In this document: positions 1 to 12,355 of the stretch, piece after piece | Layout of the letters: each line of letters opens with the position of its first letter | Position numbering within the stretch: the stretch's first letter is position 1 | Assembly (NCBI RefSeq): GCF_006345805.1 | Contig: NC_043014.1 | Location: 46,004,001-46,068,000 of the forward strand | DNA: 64,000 bases | From: Octopus sinensis | Lineage: Eukaryota | Direction: 5' to 3' | Translations under genes and position numbers: made by a program | Notes under the pieces: model-generated | What the model was told of the DNA's origin: nothing | Databases searched by the model: none | Seen by the model: the letters and a program-made list of their open reading frames with translations, nothing else

Positions 1-27
1 AAACTGCCGTTCAAACCGAAAAGATCC
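1..27 (+). mobile_element. Right TIR end of GGATC-terminal MITE (family also at 32308, 43397, 49091, 55944, 58235)
   Basis: CTGCCGTTCAAACCGAAAAGATCC is identical to the right terminus of the complete copies at 56337-56360 and 58624-58647. Confidence 0.85.
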
Positions 28-250
28 GAGTCCCACAAAATTTCGGACCTTGTGCCTAGAGTAGAAAAGAATTCTTAAAAGTAAAATAGAAGATATTGAG
101 GGAAATTTCACCACTATTTCTAGCAGACCGAGAAACCGCAGGTGAGCCCATATCAACGTATTTTTTTGCGTCTCTGTTTCACTGGGGAAGGGCCGACCCC
201 CGAAACGTCTGCATTCGCCCGCAAAACTCACCACAAACTTTAATATACAT

Positions 251-414
251 AGGCGCAGGAGTGGCTGTGTGGTAAGTAGCTTGCTAACCAACCACATGGT
301 TCTGGGTTCAGTCCCACTGCGTGGCATCTTGGGCAAGTGCCTTCTGCTATAGCCCCGGGCCGACCAAAGCCTTGTGAGTGGATTTGGTAGACGGAAACTG
401 AAAGAAGCCTGTCG

Positions 415-449
<35 letters not shown>

Positions 450-660
450 ATATGTTTGTGTGTCTGTGTTTGTCCCTCTAGCATTGCTTGACAACCGATG
501 CTGGTGTATTTACGTCCCCGTCACATAGCGGTTCGGCAAAAGATACGGATATAATAAGTACTGGGCTTACAAAGAATAAGTCCCGGGGTCGATTTGCTCG
601 ACTAAAGGCGGTGCTCAAGCATGGCCGCAGTCAAATGACTGAAACAAGTAAAAGAGTAAA
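251..660 (+). mobile_element. tRNA-derived bipartite SINE (family A) with internal TA/TG microsatellite
   Basis: Head GGAGTGGCTGTGTGGTAAG...GGGTTCAGTCCC (A/B-box-like) and tail GTCAAATGACTGAAACAAGTAAAAGAGTA; more than 10 similar copies in the window. Confidence 0.85.
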
Positions 661-1267
661 GGAGAGTAAGAGTATACATACATGTGAATGATAAAGCCAG
701 GGGTTTTATTGAAATTCAGTGAGATGCAAATGTAGTCGGTGAGGGTCACTGCGTGGCAGAGAAAGCAGAAGTCAAGGAAAAGCAGGAGATTTTCTTTGGC
801 AAGAATTCTTCCAAGTGAAGCATGTGTTACGAATTTTGGTCATGAGAGTGAGGGGGGAGAAAGTGAAGGAAGAGAGAGAGAGAGTAAACGAGGAAGAAAC
901 GGTGATAACCAAAGGGGAGAAGGATCAGTGAGAGTGAGAGAGAGAGAAAGAAAGAGAGGGCGAGACAGGAGGAGAAGGCTCACGGCACGAACACGTGCAG
1001 TTCCATTAGAATAGAGAAAGGGCAGGAGGAGAGATAGAGACAGAGAAGCGACGGGGTGGCATACAGATGTGAGTTTAAGGGAGAGGAAGAGCGTAAATGG
1101 ATAAACGAAGGGGGTTATGGATAGATAAAGGGATATATATATATATATATATACGATATCCTTTAAGATGGTGCCCCAGCATGGCCGCGGCCTTCGGGCT
1201 TAAACATTTTAAAGGATTTATATATATATACATATATATACATATATATATATATTTATATATTAAA

Positions 1268-1562
1268 GGATATTTGCGTTCTGAGTTCAAATTCCGACGA
1301 GGTCGACTTTGCCTTTCATCCTTTCGGGGGGTCGATAAATTAAGTACCAGTTACGCACTGGAGTCGATATAATCGATTTAGTCCCTTTGTCTGTTCTTGT
1401 TTGTCCCCCTCTGTGCTTAGCCCCTTGTGGGTAGTAAAGAAATATATATACATATACATATATATACATATATATATATATATATTATATATATATATAT
1501 ATATATATTTCTTTACTACCCACAAGGGGCTAAGCACAGAGGGGACAAACAAAGACAGACAT
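1268..1562 (+). mobile_element. SINE family B (5'-truncated) followed across (TA)n by an inverted copy of its own 3' tail
   Basis: GAGTTCAAATTCCG B-box and tail CCCCTTGTGGGTAGTAAAGAAAT ending ~1445; reverse complement of the tail at 1505-1562. Confidence 0.8.
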
Positions 1563-2304
1563 ATATATATTAAAGGATATTGTACACATACATATACACA
1601 CAAAGACACACACATACATACATACAAAAGAATATTTTTCGAATTGAAAATCAAAATACATTTTGATGGATATTATTAGTTCATAAATGAAATGGACAAA
1701 GTGTAACAACACTGGAAAAAAGTGCTTCGACAAAAACGTCTGAGTTCCATAGAAGACATGTATTATATGTAGACAAAATAAATTGCAAAATGAATACCAA
1801 AATCAATTTAGTAGAAGTACAATAAACCTATATACATATATACACATGCCCGTACTATGAGATGTGCGAGAAATAAAAGTGGGGGTTACTAAAACAGAAA
1901 TTTAGAAAACGCAAAGAAGGAAGAAATGGCGAAATGAGTAGGAAAAAAAAGGCCAAAACAATAGAAAATATATTTATGGAGAAAAGCGATGTGAATATTG
2001 CATCGATAAAAATATACGTTTCCCTTTTTGTATTTTAAAAAGAGAAAGATGGAATGAAATAGGGGGAAAAAAAGCAGGAGGTGGCGAATAAGGGGGTGAA
2101 AAAAAACGGTGAAATACGGGGGGGGGTGCTTCAGAAACGACATTATTTGTATATAAGGAAGGAAGCATGGACTTTAGTGAAAAGCTAAGCAAAATAAAAA
2201 AGAACCGATGAAAGAGAAGTTGGAATGAAATGATAAGCATAGTTATTCCAGCAGACATCATCTTTATATACTACATACTGAAGCGTGTGAATTCGTGTGT
2301 ATAT

Positions 2305-2343
<39 letters not shown>

Positions 2344-2388
2344 ATAATCGGTAGAAGTTACAGTGATACCAGGATCGAAAGTTTCGTG

Positions 2389-2442
2389 TATAGCACTAAT
2401 CGAACACACCTATATATATCGGTGTGTTCGATTAGTACTATA
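2389..2442. repeat. 22-bp inverted repeat around a TA loop
   Basis: TATAGCACTAATCGAACACACC / GGTGTGTTCGATTAGTACTATA, 1 mismatch, 10-nt loop. Confidence 0.85.
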
Positions 2443-2474
2443 CATATTAATGATATATATATATATATATATAT

Positions 2475-2507
<33 letters not shown>

Positions 2508-3279
2508 GGGTTGAACAGCTTTCAGAATACGTTCGATTGAAAACACGGTAGTGCTCTAATTTTTATAATTTATCTTTTTAAAAAAGGACTGTTTTGTTTG
2601 GAATAAATAGTAACGTTCCAAGGGTTCCTCAAAGTTTATATATATACATATATATATATGGATGGATGTAATTTTAAATTTGGGTATATATGTATGTATG
2701 TATATATATATATCCTCGTAGAAGAAATTAAAATCAGATGAAAAGACAAAAACGAAAGGAAAGAAAGAGATCAAAATATAGGAAGGAAAAATAATTATAA
2801 AAAAAACTGTTTGTATGGTATAATATGAGGAAAACATTCACTTAAATTAGAGAGAACTGGTGACTGATATATTATAATACAATGTATGTGTAGACATGAT
2901 GATCCATTTAATAATATATATTTGTTAAAAAATAACCCTCCCGATATACACACACCACACAAAAAGGCCACATTCTACCTCCACAACGAGCAATCACAAT
3001 GAAAATAAAACACAAGAAATGGTTCTTGTTGTAAATAGGGGAGTAATCAAGCATCGCGATCCGAATTTACCAAAGATAATTTATAGTAAATATAGCCAAC
3101 AACAACGAGTTATGAAAGAAACTTTATAATCAAAAGGCCATCTCCTTCAGATTTAACAAAATAATCACAACAGCAATATTTCCAGATTCGTTATAAACAA
3201 GTTCATCGTTTTTTAAATGCAGTCAGTGCTTGACGCCAATTTTAATGATTACGATAATTTCCACATTCCATTTAAGCAT

Positions 3280-3315
<36 letters not shown>

Positions 3316-3322
<7 letters not shown>

Positions 3323-3582
3323 TTACTTGGCCTTGTGTGAATGTGTGTGTATATTATATATATATATATGTGTGTGTGTTTTACTTGGCCTTGTGTGAAT
3401 GTATATTATTATATATATATATATATATATATATGTTTTACTTGGCCTTGTGTGAATGTGTGTGAAGTATATTATATATATATATATATATGTTTTACTT
3501 GGCCTTGTGTGAATGTGTGTGTGTGTATATATATATATATATAATATACACACACACATTCACACAAGACCAAGTAAAACAT
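3316..3582. repeat. Four direct ~55-bp units plus one inverted unit
   Basis: (A/G)TGTTTTACTTGGCCTTGTGTGAATGT x4 separated by TA/TG runs; reverse-complement unit at 3546-3582. Confidence 0.85.
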
Positions 3583-3803
3583 CGCCATGTATTAAATATT
3601 CCTCTATACATGTAAATGTAAATTAGTGTATATATATATATTTTGCCAAGTTAAAAATAATCATTTATGTACCACCACTCGACACAATATTTAAACGTTT
3701 TACCCGTAGAGTAAACGTAACAAATACGATTTTGCAAGGAGAATTAATAAATGATTTTTATATTATAATTGTCTTTGTTTGCCCCTAGTTAGTGAGAAAG
3801 GGG

Positions 3804-4347
3804 GGGAGCGGCTAAGAAAGAAGTCATTTGTTAAGGATGGCAGAGTCGGTAGAGCGCCGGACAAAAGCAAAAAAAATCGTCTTTGCGGTTATTTAGTTAC
3901 GTCCCTTTACGTTCCGAGTTCAAATCTGACAAGGGGTCGACTCCGTCTTCGCTTTATTTATTATTCAGCAGTTGATAAAATTAAGGGAGCGGCTAAGAAA
4001 GAAGTCATTTGTTAAGGATGGCAGAGTCGGTAGAGCGCCGGACAAAAGCAAAAATAATTGTCTTTGCGGTTATTTAGTTACGTCCCTTTACGATCCGAGT
4101 TCAAATCTGACAAGGGGTCGAGTCCGTCTTCGCTTTATTTATTATTCAGCAGTTGATAAAATTAAGGGAGCGGCTAAGAAAGAAGTCATTTGTTAAGGAT
4201 GGCAGAGTCGGTAGAGCGCCGGACAAAAACAAAAAAAAATTGTCTTTGCGGTTATTTAGTTACGTCCCTTTACGTTCCGAGTTCAAACCTGACAAGGGGT
4301 CGACTCCGTCTTTGCTTTATTTATTATTCAGCAGTTGATAAAATTAA
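3804..4347 (+). repeat. Tandem triplication (181-bp period) of a tRNA-derived SINE head
   Basis: Units start at 3804, 3985, 4166; each has TGGCAGAGTCGGTAGAGCG (A-box-like) and GAGTTCAAA (B-box-like), resembling the family B head. Confidence 0.8.
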
Positions 4348-5004
4348 CATCTAGCTTCGTTTTAATAAGCGAGTCCTTATCGCTCTAATCAGCTCTAAAC
4401 CTCTTTCTTCCCCGACCCGTCGAATATATAATGTGGCCTTGAGTCTATAAAAGATTATTATTACTATTATTATTGTGAGGTATACTTGCCATCTCTCGTT
4501 CAGAGATTCATTATTGCTTATTATTATTTAAAAGAGAAATTTTTATTAATAGCTGCTGTTCTAACCACCATCTGACTCCACAACCACATTCAGCTATCAT
4601 CGCTCTGATGGCAAATGAACGAAATTCTTATTTTATAATCAAACAAAATCAAAAGGGAAAACAGTCACGGAATGAAAAAAGATCGACAAGAAAGAAGGAC
4701 CTACCGAGATATGGGCTGTATTCCGTTGTGAATTTAGTCATGAAAAGAGTTCAGACGTGAAGAAGCTGCACTTTTAGCAAAAACGGTATATATCCGTAAA
4801 GATAGCTCCATGAAAACTTTGTTATAAAACCGGGTGCAATATATATAAATGGATATTTATATATAATGATAATAATAATAATAGTGCACTGCTTGGAGGT
4901 GGAGCAGTAGCAGAGCTGCTAAATAGTGTAGTAGCAGTGCGCTGTGTTTAGTTGGATCTTCAAACTTAAGCAGCTAACTTCCACTCACTCATTCTTCGAG
5001 TATC

Positions 5005-5299
5005 TCTACCCCTCTCTCTTATACTCTACCTATCTAAAATTTTCTTCGTCTCTCTCTCTCTCACTCTTTCTCTCTCTCTCTGTCTTTTTCTCTATCTAAA
5101 ATATCTCTATACCTTTCTCTCTCTCTCTCTCTCTCTCTGAAGTTCTACCTATCTTACTTGTTACCTCCACCTTTCTCTCACTTCAACTCTCTACCTATCT
5201 AAACTGTCAATTCCCTTCTCTCTCTCTCTCTCTCTCCTCTCTTTCTAGCTCTCTGCCTATCTGAATTGCTCAACCTTCCTTTCTCTCCTCATTTAAATT

Positions 5300-5336
<37 letters not shown>

Positions 5337-5830
5337 TTCTTTTCTCTATCTAAAATATCTCTATACCTTTCTCTCTCTCTCTCTCTCTCTCTGAAGTTCT
5401 ACCTATCTTACTTGTTACCTCCACCTTTCTCTCACTTCAACTCTCTACCTATCTAAACTGTCAATTCCCTTCTCTCTCTCTCTCTCTCTCCTCTCTTTCT
5501 AGCTCTCTGCCTATCTGAATTGCTCAACCTTCCTTTCTCTCCTCATTTAAATTCTCTCTCTCTCTCTCTCTCTCCTCTCTTTCTAGCTCTCTACCTATCT
5601 GAATTGCTCAACCTCCCTCTCTCTCCCTACCTCTCTCCTTATTCAAATTCTCTCTCTCCCTCTCTCCTCTCTTTCTAGCTCTCTACCTATCTGAATACTC
5701 AACCTCCCTTTCTCTCCCTAGCTCTCTCCCTATCTAAATTATGTCTCTATCTCTTTATCCTCCTACCCTCTCATTTCTTTTAGCTCTTCTAATTTATCCA
5801 GCTCCTCTCTCTCTCTCTCGCATTTTCCTT
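5005..5830. repeat. CT-rich low-complexity tract with internal ~255-bp and ~90-bp tandem duplications
   Basis: CTCTATCTAAAATATCTCTATACC block at ~5090 and ~5343; repeated CTAGCTCTCT(G/A)CCTATCTGAAT units. Confidence 0.8.
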
Positions 5831-6194
5831 CTTTTGTGTCTATTTCTATCTCCTATACTTTTCTTTTTATCTCTACCTCTCTTTCTCTCAATCTCTTTTA
5901 TTTCTGCCTTTTCATAACTACTACAATTGCTTTATATATCTATCTTTCACTCTCTTCGTTAAGTTTATTTTCCTCCCCTTCCATCCCTTTAAATATAACC
6001 TCGACTGCTGCTATCACTTTGAGCGAGAGAGGGGGATAGAGTGAGTGAGTGAGTGAGTGAGTGAGAAAAAGAGAAAGAGAGCGAGAGAGAGAACAAAGAA
6101 AGCATAAAAATGAGAAAGGAGTAGAGGGAGGAGGAGAGTGATCAGCTGATGGTTGGCTTTCAAATAACAAACATGTAAGACAAAAAAAGAAAAC

Positions 6195-6400
6195 AGTACT
6201 CGTTGCTGATTGGTTGGTTTTAAGGCCTCGCACCCACTCTCGCATAATAGCTAACATTACAACACGCACACACACACGCACGCATACACACACACACACA
6301 CATACACATATACATATACATACATATATACATATACATATATATTTATCATCCTCACCTCTAACCTCCCCGCCCAATTGTACCTAGGTGACGTCATTTT
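6195..6400. promoter_or_regulatory. Possible promoter/enhancer-like motif cluster
   Basis: ATTGG at 6209, GC-box CCCCGCCC at 6368-6375 overlapping CCAAT, perfect CRE TGACGTCA at 6389-6396; motif-only evidence. Confidence 0.25.
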
Positions 6401-6814
6401 TCTCCTTTGGCCGTCTCCTCCTCCTCTCCTACTACTACTACTACCATCTTCTCTTTACTCATTATATTGTTTACTCTTTCTACATTTTTCACTCTTACGT
6501 TTCGTCTCGTTTTGATTTTCCTGTTACGCAAACTGCTCAACCGAAAAACGAAACAATTAACTTTCGTTTTTAAGTTAGCGTTTTTTTTATTTTTCAAAGT
6601 CGATATGAAAATATTTTTTTTTTAAACTTCTTCATCACTACTAAATTACCTTCGAAGAAAATTAGGAATAAATATCACAAATTTTTTATTCCCTACTCCT
6701 ATAATTTTCTTTTTTTTTTCACCCTCTTTGCTTCATTTTTCTTTTTTCTTAGAGCAAAACTAACGTGGAGTCAATGACTATAAATTTCTGAACATATTCG
6801 AACGAATACCTGGA

Positions 6815-7035
6815 ACTCGGTAGAAACGTTAGCATGCCGGGCGAAATTCGTAGCCGTATTTCGTCTGTCGTTACGTTTCGAGTTCAAATTCCGCCGAGGT
6901 CGACTTTGCCTTTCATCCTTTCGGGGTCGATAAATTAAGTATCAGTTACGCACTGGGGTCGATATAGTCGACTTAATCCCTTTGTCTGTCCTTGTTTGTC
7001 CCCTCTGTGTTTAGCCCCTTGTGAGTAGTAAAGAA

Positions 7036-7040
<5 letters not shown>
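6815..7040 (+). mobile_element. SINE family B, near full length
   Basis: Head GTAGAAACGTTAGCATGCCGGGCG, B-box GAGTTCAAATTCC, tail TAGTAAAGAAA(TA)n. Confidence 0.85.
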
Positions 7041-7083
<43 letters not shown>

Positions 7084-7317
7084 ATTTACGGTTCCGAAGG
7101 GTTTCTCTCGAAGCAAATAGAGCTATAAGTATAATCCTTCCTGTCATAGGTTCAAGGTCTGAAATTTGGGGGGCTTGGGGACTAGGCGTTTATATCGACT
7201 CTAGTGATCAATTGGTACTTGTTTCATCGACCCCTAAAAGGGCGAAAGGCAGAATCTACGTGAGTGGAAAATGAGCTGACGATTCAATCTGTTCGCCGCC
7301 TTCAAAAGCCATAAATA

Positions 7318-7460
7318 ATATATTTCTTTACTACCCACAAGGGGACAAACAAGGACAGACAAAGGGATTAAGTCGGTTACATCGACCCCAGTGCGAAACT
7401 GGTACTTTTTTTATTGACCCCGAAAGGATGAAAGGCAAGTCGACCTCGGCGGAATTTGAT
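7318..7460 (-). mobile_element. SINE family B fragment
   Basis: TATTTCTTTACTACCCACAAGGGG...GTCGACCTCGGCGGAATTTGA is the reverse complement of the 6815 copy. Confidence 0.8.
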
Positions 7461-7745
7461 GCCATAAATAATAACGAGTAAAAACACTGGGTTAAAAACA
7501 CTTCGGATAGAAAAAGGCGAAGGGCAGCCCTTAGTGCATGAACCCACTTCTTCAGGGAAAACAAGACAGGCGTGTGCGTGCGTGCGCACGGCGTGTATGT
7601 GTTGAAATTTAATACCAAGTAACATTCTGTGCATATTTCGATATTATTGATAATGAACCGGTAGCACCACCTCCACACCCACCTTTCTTCAACTACCCCG
7701 AATAATTTTTCCCCCAGAAGTTGATTTTCGTTTGAAGTTATTTTT

Positions 7746-8162
7746 GGCGATCTTTCGTCTCTAGTAGACCTCTCCGTCGATTTCCGTAAAAAATTTTTTT
7801 TTTTTTTACATATGGGCTTGCGGGAACTTTTGAAGTAATATACATACATATACACATACACCGAGTAAAAAATTTCAGTTATCTCTTTCTTTCACACATT
7901 ACTCTGTCTCTTCACACACACTAACAGAAGCACTTCACTTACACAACATACTGTCTGTCTCCCACACCCCATCAAACACACACACATGTACATCAATGCT
8001 TCCCATGCACAGTAACTTCAAAAGAACTTCCCTCGTCATACAATCGCTTTCTCTTAGTCTCTTTCGCTCTCATTACTTCAAAAGTTCCCGCAAGCCCATA
8101 TGTAAAAAAAAAAATTTTTTACGGAAATCGACGGAAAGGTCTACTAGAGACGAAAGATTGCC
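7746..8162. mobile_element. MITE-like element with ~95-bp TIRs
   Basis: 7750-7839 is the near-perfect reverse complement of 8072-8158; termini GGC...GCC; flanked by TGAAGTTATTTTT / TGAAGTTTTTTTT. Confidence 0.75.
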
Positions 8163-8907
8163 TGAAGTTTTTTTTTGGGGGGGGGGTGCATTTCACATCA
8201 CCCTTCTGCTTTTCGGGGTAGGATGGGGGAATGGGGGGAAGCATAAACATCGCAACCTCTCCTTTTCACAACTTGGCCCTCTCACACCTCGATGCCGACA
8301 CCCACAAATTTGTGCCCTACTTCTTGCTCGTCAAAACATCTTCCACACTACAAATCACAAATTTTTTTTCAGAAACTAAATGTATGTACGTATGTATATA
8401 TATGTACGTATATATGTGTGCATGTATGTATGTATGTATGCATTATGTATGCATGTATGTATGCACATACACACACACACAGACACACATTGGTATTCTG
8501 CCTTATACTTAAGGATCAAAAGTATAATGTCACGCTATTAATAGGGGACTGCGCAGTCAACTCAGACATAGAAACACTTTGCTGTTAATACCCCGTCTCA
8601 ACTTCGCATGATTCTATCTATCTGTCAGTCCATCTGTCTGTCTGTTTGCCTTTCTGTCTTTTTTTTCAGTCTGTCTGACTTTCTGCTTGTCTGTCTTCCT
8701 ATCTGTCTGTCTGTCTGTCTGTATTTATGTATGTATGTATGTATATATGTATGTATGTTTATATGTATGTATGTATGTCGGTCTGTTTGTCTTTCTGACT
8801 TTCTGTCTGTATATCTTTCTGTCTCTTGGTCTATCTGTCTGTCTGTCCATCTTTCTGTCTGTCTGTCTGTCTCTGTCTGTCAGTCTGTCTCTCCCTCTCT
8901 CTGTCTG

Positions 8908-8967
<60 letters not shown>

Positions 8968-9351
8968 TCTATATATCAGTGGTTCTTAACCGTTTTTTAT
9001 AGCCAGCTCAGATCCAAAACCTGGATTTTTAAAGATGGCCTGCACCAACAAAAATAAGAGAAGTGAATTAAAGCAAAATTTATGTCCAAGCAGCTAACTT
9101 AGCCTCACTCCCTCTTTTAGTATTCTTTCCCCCTCTCTTTAACACTCTACTTATCTAAATTTCGTCCATCTATTTATATTTGTAGAGGTAAGACTCTCAA
9201 AGGCTACTGAAAGGGTATTTAAGGACAACATGAGGCCTTTGGAGCCACAGATGAGAACTGCTGCTCTCTCTCTCTCTTACTCTCTCTCTCCCTCTCTCTC
9301 TCTCTCTCTACACACACACATGCATACACATACACACACACACACACATAT

Positions 9352-9691
9352 AGGGGTGACCCTCTTCGGTCATAACTGACCATGGGATTGCACCTAGAAA
9401 GTTACCCTCCTAGGCAAAAGTCCGGGCAAGGTTGTTTATGGAAGACCAGCAGTCACCCATGCACACCGGCCTCCCCTCTCCACGTCACCAGTGTTATCCA
9501 AGGGAAAGGCAAAGGGGCCCGATACAGCTTGGCACCAGTGATGTCGCAACTCATTTCTACAGCTGAGTGAACTGGAGCAACATGAAATAATGTGTCTTGC
9601 TCAAGAACACAACATGCAACCCGGTCCGGGAATCAGACTCGCAACCTCACAATCATAAGCTCGATGCTCTAACCACTGAGCCATGCGCCTT

Positions 9692-9692
<1 letters not shown>
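9352..9692 (-). mobile_element. tRNA-derived SINE family D (central GAGCAAG..TTGCTCCAGT..CAGCTG domain)
   Basis: Minus-strand head GGCGCATGGCTCAGTGGTTAGAGC; related copies at ~62170-62290 and ~63140-63420 on +. Confidence 0.75.
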
Positions 9693-9727
<35 letters not shown>

Positions 9728-9729
<2 letters not shown>

Positions 9730-10430
9730 CTCTTTTACTCTTTTACTTGTTTCAGTCATTTGACTGCGGTCATGCTGGAGCACCACCTTTAGTCGAGCAA
9801 ATCGACCCCAGGACTTATTCTTTGTAAGCCTAGTACTTATTCTATCAGTCTCTTATTGCCGAACCGCTATGGTACAGGTACGTAAACACACCAGCATTGG
9901 TTGTCAAGCGATGTTGTGGGGACAAACACAGACACACAAACATATACACACACATACATTTATGTACATATATACGATGGGCTTCTTTCAGTTTCCGTCT
10001 ACCAAATCCACTCACAAGGCTTTGGTCGGCCCGAGGATATAGTAGAAGACACTTGCCTAAGGCACCATGCAGTGGGACTGAACCCGGAACCATGTGGTTG
10101 GTAAGAAACTGGAAGAGAGAGTACTTATTCTATCGGTCTCTATTTGCCGAACCGCTAAGGTACGGGTACGTAAACACACCAGCATCGGTTCTCAAGCGAT
10201 GTTGAGGGGACAAGCGCAGACACACAAACATATACACACACGTACATGCATATATATATATATACATATATATACGATGAGCTTCTTTCAGTTTCCGTCT
10301 ACCAAATCCACTCACAAGGCTTTGATCGGCTCGGGGCTATAGCAGAAGACACTTGCCCAAGGTGCCATGCAGTGGGACTGAACCCGGAACCATGTGGCTG
10401 GTAAGCAAGCTACTTACCACACAGCCACTC
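9728..10430 (-). mobile_element. Two tandem or nested SINE family A copies
   Basis: Reverse complement of the family A body occurs twice (~9728-10105 and ~10120-10430). Confidence 0.8.
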
Positions 10431-10850
10431 TTGTGCCTGTGGACTTAGCAGACAGAAACTGAAAGCAGCCTGTTGTGTGTGTATATGCACACGCATGCAC
10501 ATGTGTGTATGTCTCTTTGTGTCAGTGCTTGCCCTCCTCCACTACTTGCCGAATGGTGTTGGTGTTTGCCACCCTATAACTTAGCAGTTCAGCAAAAGAA
10601 TTTGATAGAAAAGATACCAAGCTTTAAGAAAAAATAGTAGAGGAGGTGATTCATTCATCAGGGTTGTGCCCAGCTGGAGCCTAATGACTGAAACAAGTAA
10701 AAACAAAAAAATAAATAAATATAGGTACAGGAGTGGCTGTATGGTAGGAAAGTTGCTTCCCAACCACACGGTTCTGGGTTCAGTCCCATTGTGTTGCACC
10801 TTGGGCAATAGTCTAGGGCTGACTTGGTAGATGGAAACTGAAAGAAGCCC

Positions 10851-11030
10851 ATCATCATCGTTTAACGTCTGGTTTCCATGCTGGCATGGGTTGGACAGTT
10901 TGACTGAGGACTGACGAACCAGAAGGCTGCACCAGGCTCCAGTCTGATCTGGCAGTGTTTCTACAGCTGGATGCCCTTCCTAACGCCAACCACTCCGAGA
11001 ATGTAGTGGGTGCTTTTACATGCCACCGGC
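10851..11030 (-). mobile_element. RTE LINE 3' end inserted between the two halves of a family A SINE
   Basis: ATCATCATCGTTTAACGTC..CCATGCTGGCATGGGTTGGAC is the reverse complement of the RTE tail at 30395-30449; SINE 5' half ends at 10850 and 3' half resumes ~11035. Confidence 0.75.
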
Positions 11031-11668
11031 AAGTCCGTGTTTGTCCTCCCGCCATCGCTTGACAACTGATGTTGGTGTGTTTATGTCCCTGTCACCAAGC
11101 AGTTCAGCAAAAGAGACCAATAGGATAAGTAGTAGTTTTTCTAAGCCCTGAAAAGAACTCAGAAGGTCGGGCCACCAGTCAGGGCTTTCATGATACCCTC
11201 AATACCAGGAACCTTTCACACATACACAACAGTTTCTATCTACCAAAATCCACTTACTAGTCTTTGGTTGACCTGGGACTGTAGTAAAAGGTATTTGCCC
11301 AAGGTGCCAAGAGGGGGAACTGAACTCAAAACCATATGGTTGGGAAGCAAGCTTCTTCTATTCATTATATTGGCCATAAAGGCCCTTATATAGAAGGGAA
11401 GCTACAGGTTGGACATAGACATAATGTTATGAAATGAAAAATGAAAAATGATGATAAAGGTATTTCTTTACTGCCCACAAGGGGCTAAACATAGAGGGGA
11501 CAAACAAGCACAAACAAAGGGATTAAGTCAATTACATCGACCCCAGTTCGAAACTGGTACTTTATTTATCGACCCCGAAAGGATGAAAGGCAAATGATGA
11601 TAAATGAGGGCAAGAAGCAATGCCCGCCGATTGCTGCTTACCCAAGAACATTGATCTTTTATATTACA

Positions 11669-12062
11669 CTAGCAGTATCGCCCGGCGTTGCTCGGGTTTG
11701 TTTCGACCCTTTAGAATTGGAATTTTTGAAAAGTAAAAACTTTGCATTAAGTAGCTTGTTATTCACTTTAAGTGAACATTTTTCTGGTTGAAACACAGTG
11801 AAAAATGGTACACAGCAGTCAAAAAAATCATAAAAAATAGGGATTTTCATAGAAAAAAAAAGCCCCTTTTTTATGTAAATAATTTTTGGTGTTAACATGG
11901 TCCAATTTGAATTTTTTCTATTACAGAAGGAAGGGCAAGCCTTCTTCTATCATTCTCTCAATTTTAGTCAACTTGCGCCACAGGGTCTCGGAGGAGATAG
12001 TGTTAGTTGAAGGCTACCAAACCTGCCATACACAGACAACTTCAGCTTTACATATATATAGA
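11669..12062 (-). mobile_element. Non-autonomous Helitron
   Basis: Minus strand ends CCCGAGCAACGCCGGG hairpin + CGATACTGCTAG; 5' end TCTATATATATG; 3' terminal ~31 bp identical to the 44266 element. Confidence 0.7.
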
Positions 12063-12285
12063 GAGAGAGATTTACAAGGCAACAAACCTCATACATTTTT
12101 CACAATACAAAATTCATTTATGAGGCAACAAACCTCTTAAATTTTTTACAATTCAAATTACTTCTTACTCCATAGTGACACCTACACCTTTATTTAATAT
12201 AATAAAATCAGTGCATTAATGGCAAGGAATTTCCTGTTTAGCTTTCATGATTGAAGTCAATAGCTACATGAGGTTAGGCTTGCAC

Positions 12286-12355
<70 letters not shown>

